A stretch of DNA of 64,000 bases from Eledone cirrhosa (lineage: Eukaryota), in NCBI GenBank assembly GCA_964016885.1, contig OZ024757.1:17174001-17238000 (forward strand), read 5' to 3'. Of this stretch, positions 13,080-25,502 are shown in pieces. How positions within the stretch are numbered: the stretch's first letter is position 1; every line of letters starts with the position of its first letter. The position numbers were made by a program, and so were the translations under genes. The notes below the pieces were generated by a model. The model was not told the origin of the DNA. It searched no databases and saw only the letters and a list, made by a program, of their open reading frames with translations.

Positions 13080-13614
13080 TTAAAGATGTAAAGTAGTGAC
13101 AATAGGCAGGAATCGATAGAGCATCGGGCAAATGCTTTGCAGTATTTATGTCCCTTTTTGTTCAAATTTCGCTCTTTTGATTCTAGATAATAGAGTACCA
13201 GTCAAGAACTATGGATTGAGTGAATTAACTTTACCCCTCACATAAATCCTAGCCTGTTGCCTAAATTAGAAACCATCCTTTAGTCATGTCAAGAACATGA
13301 CAGCCTCCCTAGTGTTGGTGATCTACATGATAAACGCACCTAATACGTGCTATAAAGTGGTTGGTGATAGGAAGGGCATTCTGTCGTAGAAATCTAGCCA
13401 AACAAAGGGTTGGCAGGATCCACAGTTGTGTCAAGGACATGACAACCTCTCCTGTGCACTCAGTGGAACGTGAGAGCGTCCATAGGCAATACACGGATCC
13501 TTGGGCTGTCTGAGAGATCAGTAGCCCCACTATGTATATATATTTACATAGATAGGTATCGTTTGGAACATGGATATTAAATGATGACGATGATGATATA
13601 TATACACACATATT

Positions 13615-14110
13615 TCATCATTTTTATGTCCATTTTTCCACACTTGCATGGGTTGGACGAGTCTTTTTCAGCAAATCATATCTCTCCACTAGCCGCGGCG
13701 TTCCTTCATTATCTCCCCTGTGAGTCTCAGTGATTTGAGATCAGCTCTCACCATATTTGCCCAGGTCTTACTTGGTCTACCTCTACTGTGGCTTCCTTCC
13801 ACTGGCTTTTCCTGGCACTTTTTCATCCAGCGATCATCATCTATGTGCATCACATGTCCATACCAACACAATCTTCTGTCTTGGCCACCACTTTGGATTT
13901 TTCTTAATCTCAGTTTCTCCCTCAGTACATCCAAGATCTGCCTTTCTCTCACAATTACATTGCATATCCAATGAAGCATGGCTGCCTACGCATGTTCTTA
14001 GCAGTCACAGCCCATGTTTCTTTACCATCAAGCATCACACTTCGCACACAGGCATCATAGAGTTGTCCTTTTGTATGTAAGGAGAAACGTTTTGTTGTCA
14101 ACAATAGGAA
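13615..14110 (-). mobile_element. RTE-clade LINE, 3' fragment (degraded)
   Basis: LYDACVRSVML.G.ETWA, RRLCWYGHVM and RGRPSKTW motifs; tga-type tail. Confidence 0.85.
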
Positions 14111-14117
14111 TGCATAT

Positions 14118-14388
14118 ATATATGTCTGGTCAAGGTTGTTTGTGGAAGACCAGCAGTCACCCAAGCATACAAGTCTCCCCTCTCCATGCCACAGATGTTA
14201 GCCAAAGGAAAGGCGATACTGTTTGGCACCATGGATATCACAATTTAATTTCTACAGCTGAGTAAACTGAAACAACGTGAAATAAAGTGTCTTGCTCAAG
14301 GACACAATGCATCGCCTGTTTCAACAATCAAACTCACAACCTCCCGATTTAAAGCCTAATGCTCTAGCCACTAAGCTATGTGCCTTCG
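14118..14388 (-). mobile_element. tRNA-derived SINE family B (CORE-like) with tail type B
   Basis: The reverse strand reads gaaggcacatagcttagtgg...gagtttgatt...gtgtccttgagcaagacactttatttcac, then ...ggcatggagaggggagacttgtatgcttgggtgactgctggtcttcc. Confidence 0.8.
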
Positions 14389-14507
14389 CACACGCACATA
14401 TACATACTTATATAATGTTTACTCTATATCGGGTATTGACAAATTAGGGCATACAAATCAAATCTGACTTGCAGCTTCATTTCATCCAGCTCGGAGGGCG
14501 TCATTAA

Positions 14508-14715
14508 CCCTTTAGCATTTAAACCGGCCATATCTGGCCAAAATTCTCTCACCTCTTTCTGTTCAAACTGGCTGTAACTGGCCACTCATACCGATGTTAA
14601 GGTATTGTTCTCAAAATAAATATCAAAATCTCATAGATTCGATATTATGTGAGATAAAATGTGAGATAAAGCCTTTACTATGAAAATATAATATTATATA
14701 TAGAGTAATGTAAAT
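14508..14715 (-). mobile_element. piggyBac-type MITE family 1 (reverse, one end eroded)
   Basis: TTAA at 14504 plus TIR; body matches 1218-1437. A similar reverse copy lies at about 15197-15385. Confidence 0.8.
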
Positions 14716-15675
14716 ACATGTGACATTACATACAAACCTTCTTTATTTACCTGATCAATCTTTGGTTCGTGATTAGTAAAATACAATATTGAAAAAAAAT
14801 GACTGTTATGCAGTGGCATCAATGAATCAATGTTTTATTTTACGACAAAATATAACATCTCCATTTACCATCTGTCTTCCATATTTGTATGGGTTAGGCG
14901 GGCTGTCACATACTGAGGCCAGACAGGTCAGGTGACTGAGTCTTGCATGTACAATTCCTATTTTATCTCGGGTTTTCTCTAGCTGGATCCCTCTCCTAAT
15001 GCCTCCTTACAGCATGTACTGGAAGTTTTTTTTTGTGTGTGTGTGTGTGACATTGTTGCTACCACCTAATAGTGTGGACTGTGCTTTTTGTCATGGTACC
15101 ATTATGACCACCTTATGGAGTGGACTTCATGCTTTTTGTTGTAGTACCACTACTATCACCTTACAGAACAGACTGGGCGCTTTTTGTCATGGTAGATTAA
15201 CCCTCTAGCCATATCTGGCCAGAATCCTCTCACCTCTTTCTGTTCAAACTGGCCATAACTGGCCACTCATACTGATGTTAAGGTATTATTCTCAAAATAA
15301 ATATCAAAATCTCATAGATTTGATATTATGTGAGGTAAAGCCTTTACTGTAAAAATACAATAGTATATATAATGTAAATACTAAAAAAAATGTAATGTAC
15401 ATAAAAAAATATAATGTAAATACACCAAAAAAAAGTAAAATCTCACCAGTAATTCTTTCTTTTGACTTTCTAACTTTCCATAGAATTGATGGTGAGAAGT
15501 AGTAGCTCTACCTGGAGTAATTCCCTGATATCCGAGCTGAGGTTAACTAGGTTAGCTTTGTCTTTCATCCTTATGGGGTCAATAAAATAAAGTACCAGCA
15601 ATGCACTGGGATCAATTTAATTGTCTTTCCCCTCCCCCAGAATTGTTGGTCTTGTGCCTAAAATCAGAAACCATT

Positions 15676-15966
15676 ATTAGTTAGGTAACTAATCCATTCC
15701 TCAGTTAGTTTAGTAACTAGATGGTTATTTAATTGTCAAAACTCTTTCATCACATTTTGTCACCTTTTCAATGACTGTTTTTAGCCCTGTGTGTCTCCGC
15801 TTTGTTTTGATTTTGTTCTACCTACTCCTTGTCTTTTTGAGATACACAGGGTAAAAATAGCTCATTGAGAAGGCCACAGAATGTGTGATGAAAGACCTTT
15901 GACAATTAAAGAACCGACCAGTCACTAAACTGACTGAAGAATGGATTAGCTATTTGACTAGTAACT
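15676..15966. mobile_element. Fold-back element with about 120-bp imperfect inverted arms
   Basis: ctaatccattcctcagttagtttag...ccctgtgtgtctc pairs with gagatacacaggg...ctaaactgactgaagaatggattag. Confidence 0.75.
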
Positions 15967-16419
15967 AATAATAAAACTGAAGTGAAACTCAACTGGTGTA
16001 TTTTTTATTGGCAGCTTGACAGCCCCGTCTCCCAAGTAGAACGATATCTGTTTCAACACAAAATTTTTGGTCAAGAATCTTGCAGAACAAATACAAAATC
16101 AAAGTATTAAAATGAACATTTTCAATGTATAGTTTTTGATGAACGGATTTGATTAGATTTTCTCTAAAAAGAGGCCAGTAGTCCCCCAGAAAGCTTAGAA
16201 ACCTCCTCTGGTTAATATAATTGATTCTAAGATAAAAGGAAGTGACAAATTGTTTACTCGTCTGTTGAAGAAAAGAGGTAAACTGGCTGGTGTTATATTT
16301 ACCTGGGGAATAAGTACAGGAACACGTGAACACATAAACATATCCTGTTTTCGACTGTCGGCTGTTTGTTTGTTTATTTATACACTTACATACACACTAT
16401 ATATATATATATATATATA

Positions 16420-16775
16420 TGTGAAATAAAGTGTCTTGCTCAAGGAAATAACACATCACCCGGTCTGAGTGATGTGCTCAAGGAAACAACACATCACTCA
16501 AACCGGGTGATGTGTTGTTTCCTTGAGCAAGACACTTTATTTCACATTGCTCCAGTTTACTCAGCTGTAGAAATGAGATGATAGGGACTGGGTTCCCTAT
16601 CATTCCACTGCAAAGTGGTCGTGGAGGTGCCACGGCAAAAAAGCACCCATCACTCACTGTAAATGAGGTTGGTGTTAGGAAGGGCATCCAGCTGTAGAAA
16701 TCAAGCCAAAATCAGTTCCCGTCCCACCCTTGCAAGCAGGGAAAAGCGGACGTAAAATGAAATGATGATGATGAA
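16420..16775 (+). mobile_element. 5'-truncated SINE B with an RTE-type tail and a 5' inverted duplication
   Basis: 57-bp inverted arms spanning 16420-16546; the remainder matches the reverse of 34862-35130; tail aaatgatgatgatg. Confidence 0.8.
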
Positions 16776-16819
16776 ATGATGATATATATATACACACACA
16801 CACACTCTGACATACACAC

Positions 16820-18020
16820 TATTTATACACCTACATATTATCTATTTATACACTTCGATATATACTATCTATTTATACACTTCGATATATACTATCTATT
16901 TATACACTTCGATATATATACTATCTATTTATACACTTCGATATATATACTATCTATTTATACACTTCGATATATATACTATCTATTTATACACTTCAAT
17001 ATATATACTATCTATTTATACACTTCAATATATATACTATTTATTTATACACTTCAATATATATATATATACTATCTATTTATACACTTCTATATATACT
17101 ATTTATTTATACATTTCTATATATATATACTATTTATTTATACACTTCTATATATACTATTTATTTATACACTTCTATATATACTATTTATTTCTATATA
17201 TACACTTCTATATATACTATCTATTTATACACTTCAATATATATATACTATCTATTTATACACTTCAATATATATATACTATCTATTTATACACTTTAAT
17301 ATATATACTATCTATTTATACACTTCAATATATATACTATTTATTTATACACTTCAATATATATACTATTTATTTATACACTTCAATATATATATACTAT
17401 CTATTTATACACTTCAATATATATACTATTTATTTATACACTTCAATATATATACTATTTATTTATACACTTCAATATATATACTATTTATTTATACACT
17501 TCAATATATATACTATTTATTTATATACTTCAATATATATACTATTTATTTATACATTTCAATACACACCATTTATTTATACATAGATATACACTATCTT
17601 TTCATACACTTAAACACTATCTATTTATATACTTAGATAGCCACTGTCTATCTATACACTTAGATACCCACTATCTATACACATAAATATACACTATCTA
17701 TCTATACACTTAGATATATATACTATTTATTTCTATATTTAGATATACACTATCTATTTATACACTTACATATGCACTATCTATTTCTATGCTTACACAC
17801 ACATCTATGTATACACTTACACATGCACTATTCATGCACTTACATATGCAGTATCTATTCATACAGTTGCACATTATTCATACACATACATATACGCACT
17901 ATTTATACACTTACATGTATACTTACATACATTTACACACTATTTATAGACTTACATATACACTATTTATACACTTACATAAACACTATCTATCTATACA
18001 TATACATACACTCTATATAA
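16820..18020. repeat. AT-rich minisatellite (about 27-31 bp, ctatttatacacttcaatatatata), degenerating rightwards
   Basis: Seen directly. Confidence 0.9.
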
Positions 18021-18029
18021 TTAGGACCC

Positions 18030-18812
18030 TTCACTTGTGTGAAGAGTTACGGCAACATCCCTAGTGTTAGAACTGTGATTAAACACACCCAGTCCTCTCT
18101 GTAAAGTGGTTGGTGATAGGAAAGATATCTAGCTGTAGAAAACTTGCCAAACAAAGAGTTGAAGGGATCCTTCAGTTGTATCAGACATGACAACCTCCCT
18201 AGTGTTAGTTACACAAGGAAATGTACCCAGTTCACCTTGTAAAGTGGTTGGAGGTAGGAAGGGCATCCTGTTGTAGAAACCATGTCAAAAGTGTCAAGAG
18301 GTCTCTTTAGTTGTATTAGGGGCACAACAGCCTCTCTAGTGTTGGTGATCTATATAAATGCACCCACTACACTCTGTAAAGTGGTTGGTGATAGGAAAGG
18401 CATCCAACCATAGAAAACTTGCCATAGACATAACATCCCTAGTGTTGGTGTTTTACATAAGTGCACCCAGTACACTCTGTAAAGTCATTGGTGATAAGAA
18501 AGGCATCTATTCATAGAAAACCTACCAAACAAAAGGTAGGGAGGACTCTTCAGCTGTGACTCAAAGACATGGCACTTCCCTAGTGTTGGCGACAACATGA
18601 AATACACTTGGTAGAGTGTGGGACCGTATGTCAGCTCCTCGCGTCACCCTGGTTTGTCAGAGCAACCAATGGAATATGGGAATGTATGTAAACGGGATGT
18701 GTGTCTCCTGGCCTACCTTGAGGCCAGATGTTCTGGCTGAATACTGACCAGTCTGTGATGACACGTCCAACTCTTGCCAGCAGAGAAAACGGATGTTAAA
18801 TGATAATGATGA
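18030..18812 (+). mobile_element. Degenerate tandem array of the RTE-related module ending in an RTE-type tail
   Basis: About five repeats of ccctagtgttgg...cacccagt...tgtaaagtggttggtgataggaa(a/g)ggcatc...tagaaaac; tail gttaaatgataatgatga. Confidence 0.7.
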
Positions 18813-18873
18813 GTTTGAGCACTGACCTGTCTGTGGTAGCATGTCCAGCCCTGGCTAGCAGGGAAGACATGTT

Positions 18874-18926
<53 letters not shown>

Positions 18927-19060
18927 AGGGATGTAGCGTGAAGTTACTGTAGGTTGACCCAGGTGAGCACTTGATGTTTAGGTTCACGTCAGTGGTGAGG
19001 TGTAGAGCTGAACAGTGTAATATAGTAATACAGGGACGATTTGTCATTACAACAGGCAGA

Positions 19061-19145
19061 GGTCCAACGAGCTTTTGATTCCAGATTTGGGCCAGATCGA
19101 TACAAATTGAGCCGTGAGCTGATCAATAGCGAAACACACATCACC
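19061..19145 (+). ncRNA. Degenerate type-I hammerhead-like motif in a PLE-type insert between (TA)n tracts
   Basis: ggt-CCAACGA-gcttttg...caatagc-GAAAC-acac-ATC-acc. The core deviates from CUGANGA. It is bracketed by an inverted repeat at about 19016-19044 / 19170-19199. Confidence 0.35.
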
Positions 19146-19194
19146 AATCAATAAACATAATGAAGGCTTAACAAATCGTCCTTGTATTCTTATT

Positions 19195-19306
<112 letters not shown>

Positions 19307-19391
19307 AAAAAGTAAACAGAAATAACAAAGCAAATGACAGAGTACAATGAAGAAATGTATTATTTTTATGCTTGATATAGTAGAAAAAGAG

Positions 19392-19427
19392 TCTTAACGT
19401 TTCAGAGGCTAGTCCTTCATCAGAAAA
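19392..19427 (-). ncRNA. Minimal type-I hammerhead ribozyme motif (PLE-type)
   Basis: Reverse strand tttt-CTGATGA-aggactagcctct-GAAACGTT-aaga. The flanking ~90 bp matches 27845-27935. Confidence 0.55.
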
Positions 19428-20153
19428 TAGAATGAAAAATTAAAGAAGAAATAGAAAGATGGTGAGCAGGGGCAGAAACAAAAAACAATTTCTTTGAGTA
19501 AAAGCATCTCTTGTGTGTGCATTTCTATTGTGTTGCAGGTTAACCATGTAAATTAATACTAGTTAACATGGCTGTTGTGGGCCCTCCATAACATATTAGC
19601 TTCTTTTATCTATTCTCAGTGCATGTGGGTGGTGGTTTGTGTAGTGGATGTCTGTGTGGGTGGTGGTTTAGGGGGATGTCTGTGTAGGTGGTGGTTTAGG
19701 GAATGTCTGTGTGGGTGGTTGTGATTTGAATGTGTGTGTGTGCGTATTTGTGTAGATGGTGATTTGTATTTGTGTAGATGTATGTGTGTTTGTGGGTGGT
19801 GGTTTGTATAAGTTTGTGTGGAGGGATGTGTGTATGGGTGATGCTTTGTGTGTGGTGGTTTGTATATGTTTGTGTGTATTGGTAGTGGTCAGTCTGTGTG
19901 TGTGTGTCTGTGAGTGGTGGTTTGTATGTGTGTGTGTGGATAGTGGTTTTTATACATGTATATATGTGTGCAGGTGGTGGTTTGTACTTGTGTGTGTGCA
20001 AATGGTAGTTGTGTGTGTGTGTGTGTCTGTCTGTCACTGTGTAGGTGTGTCATTGTAAATAGGGCTAGGCACCAGGATTTTCTCAAATTCTATTTATTTG
20101 CTGAGCAAAAGTGAACTTTCCTTTCACAGCTTGTAATTGTGTGTATGTAATAT

Positions 20154-21574
20154 ATCATCATCATCATCATCATCAACGTTTAACGTCCGTGTTCCACGCT
20201 TGCATGGGTTTGGACGGGGGTAGTCCCACTTGAGGCAAGAGTGATTGTCTTGCTCGCATAGGACTGTCTGGCAGGTTTTCTACAGCTGGATGCCCTTCCT
20301 AACACCAACCACATTTACAGTGTGGGTCTGGGAGGTTTTTACCGTGTTGCCTACACGGCCACATTACAGCGTGGACTGTGTGTTTTTTTGTCGTGACACC
20401 TACACGATCTCATTTGTTTCGGCCTGGATGGCGCGGCACCAACATAACTTTACATAGAACGGGGTGGTGTGGATGGGGTGGGGGTGGTGGCGGGACGGGG
20501 TGCATTTTGTTAGAGATGCCTACTGGCAAGGCGGGTCTTCTCTGTTACTGAGTACCGCCAAAGGTCTCGGTCCAGTGACATTGTCTTGGAGAGGTGTAAG
20601 TGTGTGAGGTCGGAGTTTATCAGCTCGTCCCAGGTTTTTCTAGGTCTGCCTATTCCGTGGCTACCGTCTATCTTTATTGCCCTGCACTTTGTTATACAGC
20701 TATCGACTTTCATGCGCATCACGTGTCCATACCAACGTAGCCTTCTCTCGAGTAAACAACCTCTGATCCCTCTTATCTCTAATTTTTTCCTTAGTTCGTT
20801 TATGCTTTGCCGTTCACGTATATTACTGTTATACATCCAGCGGAGCATGCAAGCTTCGTTCCTCTCTAGTCTGCGTATATCCTCTGCACACAATGCCCAG
20901 GTCTCACTGCCATGCAACATTGCTATTCGTATGCAGGCATCGTACAACCTGCCTTTCATTTTTAGGGAGAACCCTTTAGCAGCTAATAGTGGTATAAGCG
21001 CTCTGAACTTTTTCCAACCCGTTCTGACTCTAGCTACAGTACTTCCAGAGCACCCTCCCCCACTGCTGATTTTATCGCCCAGGTAACGGAAGCTGTCCAC
21101 TATTTCTATAGAACCCTCTGCGCAATTGAAAGAGCTAGTATTTTGTGGGCACTTGCTGCTACTTATTGCACCAGAACACCGGCCACATGTAAAATCTATG
21201 TTCTTAGTTAGCTTACCTGTGATCCCACTACATCTTTTATGCACCCATACTTTGCATTTAGGACATAAAATGGAGTTTCTACCTACGCCTTTCCTACACA
21301 CCGAGCACGACCATTTCCCAGAAGGGACCGCCGCCTTGTTTTCTTTCCTACAAACTAGAACTTTGGTCTTAGCCAGGTTAATTTTAAGTCCTTTTGACTC
21401 TAGGCCGTGCTTCCATGTTTGGAATTTCTTCTCTAGCTCGGCCATTGATTCCGCTATGAGTGTCAGGTCGTCTGCGTATAGGAGTTCCCATGGGCAGCCT
21501 GTCTTGAACTCCTCTGTTATAGCCTGAAGGGCAATAATAAATAGTAGGGGGCTGAGAACAGAGCCCTGATGGAC

Positions 21575-21575
<1 letters not shown>
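20154..21575 (-). mobile_element. RTE-clade LINE, 5'-truncated (RT C-terminal half with PHD insert, long 3' UTR, (TGA)n tail)
   Basis: ORF 20510-21445 plus upstream [12 protein letters not shown] codons; FRYLG, ARVRTGWKKF, LRWYGHVMRM and GRPRKTW motifs. Confidence 0.92.
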
Positions 21576-21611
<36 letters not shown>

Positions 21612-21616
<5 letters not shown>

Positions 21617-21724
21617 ACTTTCCTTTCACAGCTTGTAATTGTGTGTATGTAATATATATATATATATATATATAGATATATAGATATATGGACTTTCCTT
21701 TCACAGCTTGTAATTGTGTGTATG

Positions 21725-21762
<38 letters not shown>

Positions 21763-21795
21763 ACTTCCCTTTCACTGCTTGTAATTGTGTGTATG

Positions 21796-21835
<40 letters not shown>

Positions 21836-22180
21836 ACTTTCCTTTCACAGCTTGTAATTGTGTGTATGAAATATATATATATATATATATATATATATGG
21901 ACTGTCCTTTCACAGCTTGTAATTGTGTGTATGAAATATATATATATATATATATATATATATGGACTGTCCTTTCACAGCTTGTAATTGTGTGTATGAA
22001 ATATATATATATATATATATATATATATGGACTGTCCTTTCACAGCTTGTAATTGTGTGTATGAAATATATATATATATATATATATATATATGGACTGT
22101 CCTTTCACAGCTTGTAATTGTGTGTATGTAATATATATATATATATATATATGGACTTCCCTTTCACTGCTTGTGTACCT
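21612..22180. repeat. Compound minisatellite: ggactttcctttcacagcttgtaattgtgtgtatg(a/t)aa plus variable (TA)n, about 10 copies
   Basis: Seen directly; the same motif occurs at about 20113-20154. Confidence 0.9.
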
Positions 22181-22559
22181 GTCATCAACGTCTTTTAATG
22201 TCTATCTTCCACGCTAGCATGGGTTTAGACGGGAGTTGTCCTACGTGACGAAAGATTGGTTGTCTTGCTCGTGTAGGACTGTCTGGCGGGTTTTCTACGG
22301 CTGGATGCCCTTCCTAACACCAACCACGTTTAGTGTGGACTGGGAGGTTTTTACCGTGTTACTTACACGGCCACATTACACCGTGGACTGTGTATATATA
22401 TATGTATATATGTATATATATATATATATATATCGTTTTAATATAGATGAAATTCTACAGGACTAGAACTGTTTCATTCTTTAGAAATCATCATTAAAAC
22501 TTTTATACTCTGCAATGTATTGAGTACCTTACTTACTGTTGTTACCTCCAACTAGAAGT

Positions 22560-23030
22560 TGACGGAAACCGCGGAGTGGGGAGACCCAAGATGACTTGGG
22601 ATGAGGTGATAAAAGCCGACCTTACCCAACTACACCTCTCAAAGTCAATGACACACGACCGTGACTTCTGGCGTCACGCAGTAATACAGGGTACCCGACC
22701 TCCCATGGGTACATGCTGAAGCATATAAACAATATGCCCCCCACACCCCCACCGCAAGGTGGTTGTGGAGGTGCCACGGCAAAAAAGCACCCAGCCCACA
22801 CTGTAAAGTGGACGTGTAGGCGCCACGAAAAAGCACCCAGCACTCACTGTAAATGAGGTTGGTGTTAGGAAGGGCATCCAGCTGTAGAAATCAAGCCAGA
22901 ATCAGTTCCTGTATGAGCAAGGCATGGTCAGCCGACCAGACACTGCCCACAACAGGACAACCCGTCTAACCCATGCTAGCGTGGAAGAACGGACGTAAAA
23001 CGGTGATGATGATGATGATGATGATGATGA
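22560..23030 (+). mobile_element. Short 3' RTE fragment with module-containing 3' UTR and (GAT)n tail
   Basis: Encodes a GRP..TWDEVI..DL-like end; aggaagggcatccagc module. A related copy lies at about 27040-27380. Confidence 0.75.
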
Positions 23031-23084
23031 CTCAACCCGGAATAACGTGTATATATATATATATATGGACTTCCCTTTTACAAC

Positions 23085-23592
23085 TTGTGTACCTGTGTGT
23101 GTATATGTGTGTGTGTGTGGACATTGACACACCTTGCCCTGTGTACCTGTGTGTAATACTTGTGTGTGTGTGGACATTGACACACCTTGCCCTGTGTACC
23201 TGTGTGTGTATATGTGTGTGTGTGTGGACATTGACACACCTTGCCCTGTGTACCTGTGTGTAATACTTGTGTGTGTGTGGACATTGACACACCTTGCCCT
23301 GTGTACCTGTGTGTAATACTTGTGTGTGTGTATGGGTGACTAGTGGCACACCTTACCATGTGTTGACACATTCTGCCATGTGTACCTGCTTGCATGTGTG
23401 TGTGCGTGGTCGTTCACTCATTGTGTGTGTATGTGAGAGAGAGAGACAGAGATCAATTCATTCATATAAAATGTACATATTAAGAAATTCTAGTTGGTGG
23501 TGGTTTTCTAGTCAGCCATTGATGGTGATTTCTCTTCTCACCCACCCTCCACATACACACATCATATGGTTGTTACTACTACCACCAGCACT

Positions 23593-23636
<44 letters not shown>

Positions 23637-23830
23637 AGTTGTTACTCATACTACAACTACTACTCCCACCACCACCACACGGTTGTTACTAATATGACCA
23701 CCACCACACACACATGGTTGTTACTAATACTACCACTACTATTACTACTACCACACACACACACATGGCTGTTACTAATACTACAACTACTATTACTACT
23801 ACCACACACACATGGTTGTTACTAATACTA

Positions 23831-23907
<77 letters not shown>

Positions 23908-25080
23908 GCTGTTACTAATACTACCACTACTATTACTACTACCACACACACACACATGGTTGTTACTAATACTACCACTACTATTACTACTACTACCACA
24001 CACACACACACACACACACGGTTGTTACTAATACTACCACTACTATTACTACTACCACACACACACACACACACATGGTTGTTACTAATACTACAACTAC
24101 TATTACTACTACCACACACACACACACACATGGTTGTTACTAATACTACCACTACTATTACTACTACCACACACACACACACACACATGGTTGTTACTAA
24201 TACTACCACTACTATTACTACTACCACACACACACACGCACACATGGTTGTTACTAATACTACTACTACCACACACACACACACACACACACGGTTGTTA
24301 CTAATACTACCACTACTATTACTACTACCATACACACACACACATGGTTGTTACTAATACTACAACTACCCCCCCCCCTCCACATATGGTTGTTACTAAT
24401 ACTACTACCCCCACCCCCCACATATAGGGTTGTTACAATTATTATTACTAATACTGCTATTTCATTCACTACCACTACTATCTACCAACATCATTACCAC
24501 TACCACCACTACTACTATTACTACTGGGACCAGCATTACCACCACCACCACCACCATTGCCATTACTATTACTATCACTTCTACCACCATCACTATCACT
24601 ACCACCACTACTACTATCACCATTACCACCACCTGTATCACCACTACCACTACCATCACCACTACCACTACCACACTACTACTACCTCCTACTACCACCA
24701 CCACACTACTACTACCCCCTACTACCAATACTACTACCACTACCACACTACTACTACTATCCCCTACTACCACTACCACCACTACTACTATTACTACTGG
24801 GACCAGCATTACCACTACCACCACCATTACTATTACTATCACTTCTACCACCACTATTACTATCACCATTACCACCACTACTATCACCACTACCACTACC
24901 ATCACCACACTACTACTACCCCCTACTACCACCACCACACTACTACTACCCCTTACTACCAATACTACTACCACCACCACACTACTACTACCCCTTACTA
25001 CCAATACTACTACCACCACCACACTACTACTACCCCCTACTACCACCACCACCACTACTACTATCACCACCTCCACTACT
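23085..25080. repeat. Series of minisatellites and (CA)n/(CTA)n/(CCA)n tracts
   Basis: Units such as ggacattgacacaccttgccctgtgtacctgtgt and catggttgttactaatactaccac. Confidence 0.9.
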
Positions 25081-25502
25081 ATTGGAATGTTAGGTTGGGT
25101 CATTGAATAAAATCCTTCTCTTGTGCCTGGGTCTCATTGTCACATGATCAGTTGACACCTCGTGACTGGCAACACCCTCGTATATTTTCACCCTGGTCCC
25201 CCCCCTCCCCACACCTCCATCTTAGTTATGTGTCACTTGTGCCTTCCTCTATAACTGGTTTCTCAACATCTATACAGTTATGTAATACTATTGCATAGAT
25301 ATTGGAATATAAGCTGATCTCTATATAAGCAATCCCTCCCCCTATTTGTGCCTGAGAAATGGACAAAAATCGAAACCCCTTTTATATGTTGAAGGCAGCT
25401 AATCAACACATTGTTTAGATAGTGTATATAACCCCCCCCCCATTTTAACACCTGTTTTTTTTAATTTTTTTATGGGGCACTTATTCCTTGGCTTATATTC
25501 GA

